Origin: the human T2T-CHM13v2.0 reference genome, Homo sapiens
Length of the DNA stretch: 64,000 bases
Direction: 5' to 3' (one strand)
Assembly: GCF_009914755.1 (NCBI RefSeq)
Contig: NC_060934.1
A model generated the notes under the pieces. The model worked only from the letters and a program-made list of their open reading frames with translations. It searched no databases and had not been told where the DNA came from. Of the stretch, positions 15,884 through 28,220 are shown in pieces; within the stretch, counting starts at the first letter, position 1, and every line of letters begins with the position of its first letter. Both the position numbers and the translations under genes were made by a program.

Positions 15884-17125
15884 TACAGATGAAGACAGAG
15901 ACCAGAGATAAACCCCTGCATATATGGCCAAATAATTTTTGAAAAAGGTGCTAAAACTATTCAATGGAAAAAGGACAGTCTTTTCAATAAATGGAGCTGA
16001 GAAAATGAGATTAACAGATGTAAGAAAATAAAGCTGGACCCTTATTTTACACCATACACAAAAGTCAACTAAAAATGGATAGAAGAACTAAATCAAGAGC
16101 TGAAACTATAGAAGACTTAGAAGCAAATGAAGACAGGAAAGCTTCAATAACATTAGATTTGGCAGCAACTTCTGGGAAATGACACCAAAAGCACCAACAA
16201 CAAAATAAAAGATGGATACATTGAACTACATTAAAATTTATAATTTTCCTATGCATCAAAAGACATTATCAAGAATGTGAAAAGGCAACCCACAGAATAG
16301 AGAATATATCTCTAATCATTTAGCTGATAAGGTACTAATAACCAGAATATGTAAAGAACTCCTATAACAAAGCAAAACAAAACAAAACATGCTGAATCAA
16401 AACTGGGTGAACAACTTAAAACATTTCTCCAAAGGAGATACACAAATTGTGAACATGCACATGAAAAGATGCTCAAAAATCACTAATCATTGGGAAAATT
16501 ATCATAATGAAATGCCATTTCACACTCACTAGGATGGCTATTTTCAAACAACACCCAGGAAATAGTAAGTGTTGACTAGGATGTAGAGAAACTGGAATCC
16601 ATCTTCATTGTTGTTGAGAACATATAATGGTGCAGCCACTGTGGAAAACTGTGCAGTGGTTCCTCACAAAACATAAAATTACCATATGATCCAGCAATTC
16701 CAATTCTGGGTACATACCCCAAGGAAGTAAAAAGCAGGGACTTAAATAGATATGCTGATATTCATGGCAGCATTATTCACAATAGCCAAAAGGTAGAAGC
16801 AATCCTTCTACCCTTTGGTAGATAAATAAAATGTGGTATATATATGCAATGGAATATTACTCAGCCATAAAAAAGAAGTGAAGTTATGATACTTGCTACA
16901 ACACAGATAAACCTTGACATTATGCTAAGTTAAAATAAGCCAGACACAAAAGTACAAATATTGTATGATTCCACTTTTATGAAGGACAGGCAAATTCACA
17001 GAGACATTAGATAGAGAGTTTCTGTTTGGGATGATAAACTTCTGACAATGGATAGTATTGATAATTTCAAAATATTGTTAATATACTTAATGTTACTAAA
17101 CTGTACACTTAAAAATGGTTAAAAT

Positions 17126-17419
17126 GAGCTGTGCGTGGCTCACACCTGTAATCCCAGCACTTTGGGAGGCTGAGGCAGGCGGATCACTTGAGGTCAGGAG
17201 TTTGAGACTAGCCTGGCAAACAGAGCAAAACCCCATCTCTACCAAAAGTGCAAAAACTGGCCGGGTGTGGTGGCAGGTGCCTGTAACCACAGCTACTCGG
17301 GAGGCTGAGGCATGAGAATCGCTTGAACCCAGGAGGCGGAGGGTGCAGTGAGCCGAGATGGCGCCACTGCACTCCAGCCTGGGTGACAGAGCAAGACCCT
17401 GTCTCAAACAAACCAAAAC
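17126..17419 (+). mobile_element. AluS in the L1 3' UTR
   Basis: TSD aaaaat(g/a)gttaaaat at 17111-17125 and 17420-17434. Confidence 0.95.
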
Positions 17420-17861
17420 AAAAATAGTTAAAATTGTAAGTTTTGTTACATATATTTTACAATAAGAAAAATTTTTTAAAGAATGTCCATTATTGAAAAT
17501 GAAGAGTAATGAACAGATTTGCTTACCTATTAAGATTCTATAAAACTGCAATCATTAAAACACTCTGATCTTGCGGTACAAGAAACAGAAAGATATATGG
17601 AATATAACAGATAGTCCACAAATATTCCTAAAATATAGCAAAAGACACAGACATTTTATATTACTGGAGAAAAAGTGAATGTTTTAAAATATAATTTCAA
17701 ATTAGAAAGAATTTCTTAAGCTGAAACAAAGGCCTGATGCCAAAGGAAAAATTTTTACTGATCCTTTGCGTCTGTCAAGCAAAGCCATACAGAATAATGT
17801 ACTATAAGTAGTTAAAAACGGCAAGAGACTAGGAAAAAACTTGCATGTGAAAAAGCAATAG

Positions 17862-18153
17862 TTTTTTTTTGTTTTTTGTTTTGTTTTGAGATAGAGTCTC
17901 GCTCTGTTGCCCAGGTTGAAGGACAGTAGCGCTACTTTGGCTCACTGCAACCTCCGCCTCCTAGGTTCAAGCGATTCTCCTGCCTCAGCCTCCTGAGTAG
18001 CTGGAACTACACCCGGCTAATTTTTGTATTTTTAGTAGAGACTGGGTTTCACCATGTTGGCCAGGCTGGTCTTGAACTCCTGACCTCAGGTGATCCGCTC
18101 GCCTCAGCCTCCCAGAGTGCTGGGATTACAGGCTTGAGCCACTGCACCCGGCC
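17862..18153 (-). mobile_element. AluS with a small internal deletion
   Basis: ggaactac joins directly to acccggctaa. Confidence 0.93.
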
Positions 18154-18242
18154 TCCAATTCTGTTTGTATCATCCCAATTTTTTTCTACTAGTCAGAAAA
18201 TTACATGTTTTAATTTTTAACTTTTTAATGGTTACTACAGAA

Positions 18243-18922
<680 letters not shown>

Positions 18923-21029
18923 TCTGTAATTCCCCACATAATGAATATGGCTGACTGTATCCTCATGGTGTAGTTTCACATGTTCCTCTACCTCCATATG
19001 TCCTGTAAACTGCTGTCAGAATCTAGAAGCTTCATTATATTCAGGTTCAGTTCTTCTTGGCAAAAATACTTCGTAAGTTGAATTGTGTAGTTCCTGTTGT
19101 ATTGTATCGCAACACCTATAACGTGGTTATTTTCCTTTAGGTTATGCTCAGCTTGATTACATATGCCTGGGAGGAATAAGACTACGTGCATCCGTTCACA
19201 TCTTTATTTTTAACAAAAAACTCTGGAAGAAAACATAAGAAATTAACAAAAATGGTTATTTAAAAGAGATGCAGATTAAACTAGGCTGATCGGGGCAGGT
19301 GTGGGAGTGAGATTATTCAAAATATACTTCTTTATGTTTCTGTGGTACCCAGTCAAAAAAGTTAATAAATTTTAGTACAGATTTTTGTCCTATACTCCAT
19401 ATCTAAGATCACAGTATCTGGGTATGAGGTCTAGAAAAAAACCATTCAAACATGTTTCCTCCACAATTCTGCACGTTAAAGCTTAACCCTATCCACTGGG
19501 ACACTGGAATACAAGAAATAAAAGGTTGACAATCATGAACTTTAGTCATATTTATTATTAGTTTCTTCTCCTTTAGGTTCCACTGATCATTATACAGTTA
19601 CATATCTCAATATTATTTTAATCTCTTGCAGGAATATCCTCATGAAGTGATACTTCATAATGACACACTGGATTCTTATTTACCAAGAAACAGCTCTTCA
19701 TTTGCTATTTCCCTTGTATTAAGCTACCAGATTCAGATTTTTTTTTCAAGAAAAGTTTCTCTCTTTAAAAATGGCTTATTTCCTTCTCTCTGAAAAAAGA
19801 ACTGTGTAATCTAATTTTCTGGCCTATGAAATCATTATTAAATAAAACTGATAAAATCAGTGGTGTTCTAATTGAAAGGGGTAAGAATGAGAATTCAGTA
19901 CTCTCAGGTTTCTTGTCTCCTATACCCTCTGGTCACTTAGTTTTCCAAGACACCAAAGAAAGCAATTCAAAAAGGCAGTAGAACCTAGTGAAAAAACACT
20001 GAAAATAAATGATATTTTAATTAATCACAATTCTTATTTTGCTCTTAAGACTGAGAAAATCGAGGCAAATTTAATGCAATATTATATTAACTGTAAGCAT
20101 ATTTGCTTTTTTCCTTGTTATACTTAGTAGTTCAAAGGGTCTTAATAATTATTTCTATTATATAACTATGTGTATATGTTTGTATAGTTCAAAACCGTTA
20201 CGGAAAGGTGAAATACATATAGTCTATATTCATATTCACAACTTACTCTCTTAATTCACATGAACAATGTAAAGTAAAATGGTTTCCCTCAAAATGATTC
20301 ACTTTGGTATTAAAATATGATCAGAGATTTTGAAAATTATGGCAATAAAATGTTCTAGCGAACAGTGGAAACGCTCTAAAATAGGCTCTACATAGTTTTA
20401 TCAATGTGATTTTAAAGAAGAAAAAGAACATAGACCAAATAATAGTATAATGTTATTCAACACATTGGAATAGTTCATCAACTTTAAATTCTTATACAAA
20501 TATTTCTCCTAGTCCTGTATTGCATCAAGATTCCATCTATAGAATCACAATATAGAGAGGAAATAAATTCTGTTAAATATACAGTCATTTTATATTAAAT
20601 AACACATAATTTTAACAAAACATTAACATACTGCTTCCTTCTTTGATATTCCTCTGAGCCTAAAGATTTTTGAATCTTAAAACTCCTAACTTTAACAGAT
20701 GGATCAGATGTTTCAGCTCCTAAGTGTCAGTCTTTCACAAGAAATGAATTAGTCACACAGACCTCTTCTAGCTTTGAAAAAATCTGAAATCTATTCTAGG
20801 AATGCTGACTATTCCTACTGCCATGTTAACATTTTCTGGCATGTTACATGCAACCTTCTACGTTCAAAATACATAATTTTCATAAGCAATATAGCCACAC
20901 AGAAAATACTGGAAGAAACCTGAAATAATGAAGAAGCCAAATTCAACTTAAAATTTAACTATTTAGTGATACTAATGTAAATAATTCTACTAAAGAGAAT
21001 TAGATGAACAGATACCTTCACCAAATGTT

Positions 21030-21285
21030 TCCAGGGCAACAAAATCTATTCAAGGGATTAGTAAGATAAAAACTTCTCAAAATACTACTAAGACATTATT
21101 TGCCTTTTCCATTCATTCTTTCATCAGTGTTCAGAGCAGCAGACTACTTGTGTTTTGTCTGGTAAAACAAAACTATGTCTGCATAGTGCTGACTTATGAA
21201 AAACTGCTCTTGTGTTTTAAAAATTTCAGCTTAGTTTTTAATACAGTAAGTATCAATAGATATAACCCAAATAAATCAAGTAAGG
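21030..21285 (+). mobile_element. hAT-Charlie DNA transposon fragment
   Basis: tactaagacattatttgcctttt and atcaatagatataaccca resemble recalled Charlie-family consensus; subfamily not assigned. Confidence 0.5.
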
Positions 21286-21887
21286 AAGGTTTTGAGCAAG
21301 TGGTAGTACAAATTGAAAAGAATGGAGACGGGAAAGCAGGTTCCAATTTAAAGGAAGAAATCTGCAGAACTAAGTTAATGCCAACGTTCAAGGTGGAAAA
21401 ACATTTAAGATGAAGGTGTTTTCAAGCCCAGGTGAAACTTCAAATTAAATCTCAAAATGGCAGCTGGTTTCACATGAAGATAATAAATTATACTTTAAAC
21501 ACTATTTCAAACCCACACACGGGACATTCATGTAAAGCTTCCAAACAGTAGAGACGGTGGATCAAACTGAAAAAAGGCCAAACTTTAATTGCAGATTTGT
21601 GAGTAATTATGCAACATAGTACAAGTAAATTCTACAAAGGAAATAACAAGATTAAAACAACAACAACAAACAGTAAGCAAAGGACTGAATTTGAAATACC
21701 AAATTAAGAAGATGAAAGGAACTGCAGACAGGAAGGAAGGAGAAATAAAAGTCCAAGAGGACTTAAACCATAGGGCTATAGAAATGAAGAAAGAGAAAGG
21801 GCTCAGAAAGAATATATAACATTACAGTTAAAGGGAATTTCGGGTTTTTACTTTGAGAGTCTGTGAATCACAAACCATTGGCAGAAG

Positions 21888-21992
21888 CAATATGGCAGAG
21901 TACAGAGATAACAGATTTGAAATCAGAAATCTGCATTCAAATTCCTGCCCTGACACTTACTGATTGTGTGATTTCAAAAACTCTTTTCAGTT
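21888..21992 (+). mobile_element. MIR 5' fragment
   Basis: tttgaaatcaga..ttcaaattcc..cacttactgattgtgtga. Confidence 0.6.
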
Positions 21993-22335
21993 TTTCGTAA
22001 GTCAGCAGTATGCATAGTTTTGTTTTGCCAGACAAAACAGTAAACAGATTGTGAGCTGCTGTTTTTCTACTTAGCCATGTATTCTATAATTAAATCAATA
22101 GTTCTACAATATAAGATAAATCAACATTTTCATCAATGGGTTTAAGATAATAATTTCGTAAACTAGCTAGAATATAAAATATAAATTCTACACAAAGGGA
22201 TTTTATCCAATTCGATGATTTCAGACAATGTTTCAACATTAACAATTTAGTAAAGACCAGTTGTAAAACTAAAAGTACGTAATCCCTAAATCTTTCTTTG
22301 TCAGATTAAGAATTTTATATCTAATAAAAGTGTGA

Positions 22336-22631
22336 AGCTGGATGCCATGGCTCACACCTCTAATCCCAACACTTTGGGAGTCTGAAGGCAGGAGGATTGC
22401 TTGAGCCCAGATGTTTGAGACCAGCCTGGGCAACACAGTCAGACTCCATCTCTACAAAGAGTAAAAAAAAATTAGCCAGGCATGGTGGCTCATTCCTGTA
22501 GTACCAGCTACTTGTAGGGCTGAGGTGGGAGGATCTCTTGAACCCAGAAAGTGACTGCCATGACCTGTAATTATGCCACTGTACTCCGCCTGGGCAACAG
22601 AGCGAGACCCTGTCTTTAAAAAAAAAAAAAA
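22336..22631 (+). mobile_element. AluJ
   Basis: Dimeric Alu with poly(A). Confidence 0.93.
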
Positions 22632-22846
22632 GTCTGCTAAAATCCACACTGGAAAAACTATCTGAAATTAGGCAGACATATGATCACTATCAAATCTCCT
22701 AACAAATAAAATTAGCAGTATTTGTTGCCATTAAATCTACACCACCAAAAATCGTATTAGTATTCCAATAACAATCCCTCATCCAAACTCTTTCAACATA
22801 TTTTGGTATTAAAAGTTTATTGGATTTTTATAAAGTTAAATATAGC

Positions 22847-23160
22847 TTTTTTTTTTATTTTATTTATTTATTTTTTTTTTGAGGAACAGTCTCACTTTGT
22901 CACCCAGGCTAGAGTGCAGTGGCATGATCATGGCTCAATGCAGCCTTGACCTCTCAGGCTCAAGCCATCCTCCCACCTCAGTACCCAAAGGAGCTGGGAC
23001 CACAGGCACACACCACCACGCCTGGCTACTTTTTGTATTTTCAGTAGACAGGATTTCACCATGTTGCCCAGGCTGGTCTTGAACTCCTGAGCTCAAGTGA
23101 TCTCCCTGCCTTGGCCTCCCAAAGTGCTGAGATTACAGATGTGAGCCACCGCGCTTGGCC
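22847..23160 (-). mobile_element. AluJ
   Basis: TSD tatagc at 22841-22846 and 23161-23166. Confidence 0.93.
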
Positions 23161-23167
23161 TATAGCA

Positions 23168-23249
23168 TACATTACGGTAGTTGATTATGGTAATATAGTA
23201 CAAGTCCTTACGTTATGGTAGTTAACTATGGTAATATAGCACAGTTCCT
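23168..23249 (+). repeat. 41-bp tandem duplication
   Basis: 23168-23208 vs 23209-23249, 34/41 identical. Confidence 0.85.
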
Positions 23250-24372
23250 AGGCAACATGTAACATCTCTGAAGGATTTAGAACAGAACCCTAAAAGTGGA
23301 GCACATTAATATTTCTCCTATAAGAAATACTCAATTCCTATTAAGCTCTACTTAAAAAATGAGTTTAGTCAATCAGGTTTTGCTTCCAAATGAATCATTA
23401 AAAAATGTAGTTGCTACAGCTATTTGAATTTCAGAATTGCAGATAAAGAATAGTGGACCTACAGTTATTTATCTGACCAACACTGACAGAGTATAAACTA
23501 GGGTTTATGATATATGTGACCTAAAAAGCCAAGCTTGCCCTCTCTTGCTAATTTCTGAAATATTAACGATGTATCTCTCCTGAAATTTCTATTTAACTGT
23601 GAGGAGTTATGGCACACTTCCTAATATAAAAACTCAATGCTATTTCTTATTTGTAAATATTTAGAAAGTTAGATATTTATACTTCATACACATTAAAACA
23701 AATTAATTTTTACAAAGCTTTGGGATACACCTGGACACATAAAAGCAGAACATATCACCCTTTTTGAAAATCATCAGAGTTATACAAAAATCAGTATGAC
23801 AAGACTCTAACGTCTGAACACCAAATAACAAATTTAAAAGTTTCAAGAAAATGCTGCTTTCATTATTCAAAAAGAGTGGAATGAAATATTACCATGTATA
23901 TCAGTTAACATACTTTTGCTTCCAAGGCAAAGAAAAAGGAACCAAAACAGACTTAAACCTTAAGTAAATTTATTCTCCCAAAATGAAAACTCCATAAGAG
24001 AAAAATCCACAGTAGTATGTAGGATTCAGAAAAAGTTTGGTCAGTCACATTTTTTCCTGCTACCGTGTCAATACTATTAACCTCTCTATGTCAGCTTTGC
24101 CTTCAAATTGGTTTACCTTAAAGTAGAAAAATGGCTGCAGCAGTTCCAGACTCATACCCACACAATGCTATCCTTGGAATCCCTCCGACTGGATCCATTT
24201 ATGGCCTGTACCAATCAATGGAGTTCTATTCTGTAAGTTAGCTTAGAAAAATCATGGCCCATCCTGTAGTCAAACCACACAATTGGATAAAAGATAGAAT
24301 GGATACTGCGGAGGGGAAGGTACACAGTGCCATAAGAGAAACAAAAAATTTACAATTAAGAGTAAATAGTAA

Positions 24373-24661
24373 GGTCAGGTGTAGGTGGCACACACCTGTA
24401 ATCCCAGCATTTTGGGAGGCCAAGGTGGGAGGCTCACTTGAGGCCAGGAGTCCAAGACCAGCCTGGGCAACAAAGTGAGACCTCATCTCTACAAAAAAAA
24501 ATTTAAAAATTAGTTGGGTATAGTGGCACATGCCTGTAGTCCCAGCTATTCAGGAGGTGAGGTGGGAGGATTGCCTGAGTTGAGGAGTTCCAGGCGGCAG
24601 TGAGCAATGATCACACCACTGCACTCCAGCCTGGGTAACAGAGCAAGACCCTGTCTCAAAA
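24373..24661 (+). mobile_element. AluJ with 15-bp TSD
   Basis: TSD aagagtaaatagtaa at 24358-24372 and 24662-24676. Confidence 0.95.
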
Positions 24662-25030
24662 AAGAGTAAATAGTAATAGAAACTTGAGATGGTTAGTATG
24701 AATTAAAATATTCAAGTAACTTATGACATTCCTTTATTATTCCATAAGCATTTATGGACACCTAAGTAAATGCTAGGTACGGTACTAAATATGTGAAGAT
24801 GACAGAAAATGAATTTTAGACTTAAAGACATTTCTTGTATATAATTTGAAATTGTCTAAAAATAATATATAAAATCTATAAATACAGGAAAATAGCCTGT
24901 ATGCTTTCAATTACATTGAAATATCTAGTTAACATTTTTACTTTCACATGCAATAATATCCCTATACGAAGACGATAAGGTTTCACATGGTAAAATTTCT
25001 ATAGTTCAATTATTCTAATGAATGAAAACA

Positions 25031-25110
25031 TTCCCTATTTAAAATTACTGGAACTTACTGAATTCCCTATTTAAAATTATTGGAAATTATTGGAATACCC
25101 TATTTAAAAT
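25031..25110 (+). repeat. 32-33-bp minisatellite, about 2.5 copies
   Basis: ccctatttaaaat occurs three times at 32-33-bp spacing. Confidence 0.85.
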
Positions 25111-26562
25111 ATGTGCCAGAACATATAGATGATGGGTCAAAAGATCATATAAAACAACAGCCCCTTTAATTTTACACAGAAACACAATTAACAACATTTA
25201 CTGGGCGATCATCACCTTCTTTTAAAACTAGCTAGTGGTAGTAACTGCACGAGTTTATGTCCCACCATTGGGGCAATTTCGTCATTTTCCTATATTCAAG
25301 TCTTTACCAGCAATAGCAATAACAAATTCGAGTGTGAAAAATAGTTGGCATACTTACATCAGACATAGAAGTCTTTCTACCTACCAAAAAAACCAATTTT
25401 GCTATAGTAAACCTATCAAGATCGTATTGACCAATGAAGTAAAAATCATTCATTCATTCATACATTCAACATTTTGTAAACAGACCAGAAATCAGCATTT
25501 TTAATAATGATGCAAGACAATATAAATGTCAGACTGACATAAAGAAACATACAAGGAAATGTAATGCTACCAACTAAATAAGAAACTTAAATGAGAAAAC
25601 TAAGCAGAAATGTGTAGACCCAAAAACAAAAAGGGGTTTTATTTATATGCGAAATCATAAATCACTTTAAATTTCCTAAACATGAATATTATTCATATTT
25701 AAGACAGAAGTTTTGCAAAATAACATCAGCTGATACACATTTCAACAGTTTAAACTCTTCATTCCCAGGATATCCCCTAAATACAAGCAAATTTATGGGT
25801 TTGGCCTTTAATACACAGTATGATTTTTTATTGTCCTTTTCTCTATTGAAAAAACCAGACATATTTTATTAAATACTTACACTTTAGACAGAACTGGCTT
25901 GAAAACAGAAATACAATCAACCTAAGCATCAAAGAAAGGTAGATAGATGGGTGTATGGATGAATGGATGGATAGATAAGCAAATAAATAAATCACTGAGA
26001 TCATAAATGGAAGCGAAGTTAAACAAGAGGAGAGTAAATTGATGTCTGCTATTTAATTAATATTACAATATTATTCAAGGAGACAAATATTATGCAACAG
26101 TACTTCTCAACTGCCAGTTTTCCTTAAACTATCAATTTTCTAGAAAAATTCCTCAAAAAGTAGAACAGCAGTAATGTCAAAAATGTATCCCAAGACAAAA
26201 CTCAGTAATGGGGCTAAAAAAGAAACTCAAAATGAAAAAGGTTCACAATGTGCTGTATATATTTCAACTTCTTCAACAACTTGGTCCTCCTGCATAAAAA
26301 AGGCTTAGATATTTTGTTAGCAAAGATAATTCCAATACAGATAACCCAAAAGGTTCTCACGCCATATTTTTAAAAGTTGACAAACTATTTGAAATTATCC
26401 AACATAACCTAATGAAAACTCTATTAATTAAACTTATTACTTAAAAGATTAGAAAGTAATATCACTATAACCCCTGGCTGAAAAAATAAAATTTTAATCT
26501 TACTTTATTTGTATTAAATTATATATGTTCATATTGTACAAGAAATATGTTTGCTACCACGG

Positions 26563-27043
26563 TGTGGTAAAAAATAATTTAATCCCAAAGATATCCATGT
26601 CCTAATCCCAGGAACCTGTAACTGTTACATTACATGGCAAAGGAGAATTAAAGTTTACAAGGAATTATGGTTGTTAATAGATGGCAAGATTATCCTGGAT
26701 TATGTCAATTGGCCCAAAGTAATCAACAGGGCACTTAGAAGTGTAATGGGGAAGCAGGAGAGTTAGAAGGAGATGACTAGGGAAAAACGGTCAGAGAGAT
26801 ACAACTTGGTTGGCTTTTAAGATGGAGGAAGGGGGCCATGAGCCAAGGAATGTGGACAGCTTCTAAAAACTAGAAAAGGAAAGAAAATGGATCTCTCCTA
26901 GAATAAACAGTCTTGCCACACTTTGATTTTAGCCCAGCAAGATCCAGGTCTTATTTGTGATCTCCAGAACTACAAAATAATAAGCGTATAACATTTAAAC
27001 CACCAAGATTACGTTAATTAAACAATTATAGAAATTTAATTCA
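26563..27043 (+). mobile_element. MLT1 (MLT1D-like) MaLR solo LTR
   Basis: TG...CA ends; cccaaagatatccatgtcctaatcc, gattatcctggattat and ccatgagccaaggaatg. 5-bp flanks cacgg / cgtgg are compatible with a CpG-decayed TSD. Confidence 0.85.
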
Positions 27044-27304
27044 CGTGGCAATTCCTCATACATAAGACCCAAAATAAGAATAACTGATTATCTTTGAGAC
27101 ACAATATTCCCTCAACTACTTTGAAGTTCTTATCATTATCCTTCCAAATCATGTGCCACAGGTTTGTGGCACATGTCCTGCCTGGTGTATCCAGCCAGGA
27201 CTTCTAGTAGACTTAACAGGTTTTTAATTATACATATTTGTAGCTTTAAAAAAAAAATCACAAACTAGCCTATTCAACATTTTCCATATACTTTCTTTTT
27301 ACAT

Positions 27305-27606
27305 ATTTATTTATTTATTTAGAGACAGGATCTCACTCTGTCGCCCAGGCTAGAGTGCAGTGGCATAATCTTGGCTCACTGCAGTCTCAACCTCACTGAG
27401 CTCAGGTGATCCTCCCACCTCAGCCGCCCCAGTAGATGGAACCACAGGCATTGTACTACTATGCCCGGCTAATTTCTGTATTTTTTGTAGGGACAGGGTT
27501 TCGCCATGTTGCCCAGGCTAGTCTCAAAACTCCTGCGCTCAAGTATCTTCCCATCTCAGTCTCCCAAAGTGTTGGGTTTACAGGCGTGAGCCACTGTGCC
27601 TAGCCT
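27305..27606 (-). mobile_element. AluJ
   Basis: Dimeric Alu in reverse orientation. Confidence 0.93.
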
Positions 27607-28121
27607 AATTTCATGTAACTTAAAATCTACTCTGCAGTAATCAAAGTCGAACAGGAATATTACATTATGTTAATGCTAAACTGTTCCAAGTTTCGTTTAA
27701 GAAATGTGAATGTAAGAAAATCTGGGAATAAATCTAAAATGGTAGATTCTAGGCTAAAAAAACTAAATTAATATTCAAATTTTCAAATAAAGACAGATTA
27801 AAAAAACTCATCAAGGGTTCACATAGGTATGGTTCAACATACATTTTTCTTTTTTTGGTAAAATTTAGATATGGTGAAACGCAAAGATAGTATCAATTCA
27901 ACGAGTTTTGACAAATATATATATCTGTGTAACCAACAATCAGGATAGGAAACATTTCTATCACCTGAAGAAACTCCTATTCTTTCCAGTCAATCTCTAC
28001 CATCCATAGATAATTTATTTTTTAATATCCAGCTTAATACCTTACTAACATATGCAAACTTAACTCTTTAATCACTTAAATTCCCAACTAAGAGAGCAAT
28101 TAAGTTATTTATATATACAAA

Positions 28122-28220
28122 TTTTTTTTTTCCTTTTTTACAGATGAGGGGGTCTCACCTATGTTGCCCAGGCTGGACTCTTAATAAGTCCTGGGCTCTA
28201 GCAATCCTCTTACCTCAGCC
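28122..28220 (-). mobile_element. FLAM/Alu monomer fragment
   Basis: tgttgcccaggctgg..tcctgggctc..cctcagcc. Confidence 0.75.

Larger units (their letters stand above)
14610..17470 (+). mobile_element. L1MB-like LINE-1 (RT region to 3' end), interrupted by MER2 and an Alu
   Basis: ORF 14724 reads TANIILNGETLKAFSLRSRARQGYLLLPLLFN, the L1 ORF2 RT region. L1MB-type 3' end ctgtacacttaaaaatggttaaaat..tatattttacaat. Confidence 0.88.

Noticed and set aside
21151-22039. The 52-bp inverted repeats as terminal repeats of a new ~890-bp DNA transposon
   Set aside because: No TSD outside the pair, and the Charlie-like fragment continues in the same orientation across the left copy.
23168-25110. Short repeated units as a CRISPR-like array
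   Set aside because: Only 2-3 abutting copies, no unique spacers, no cas genes, and the sequence is mammalian.
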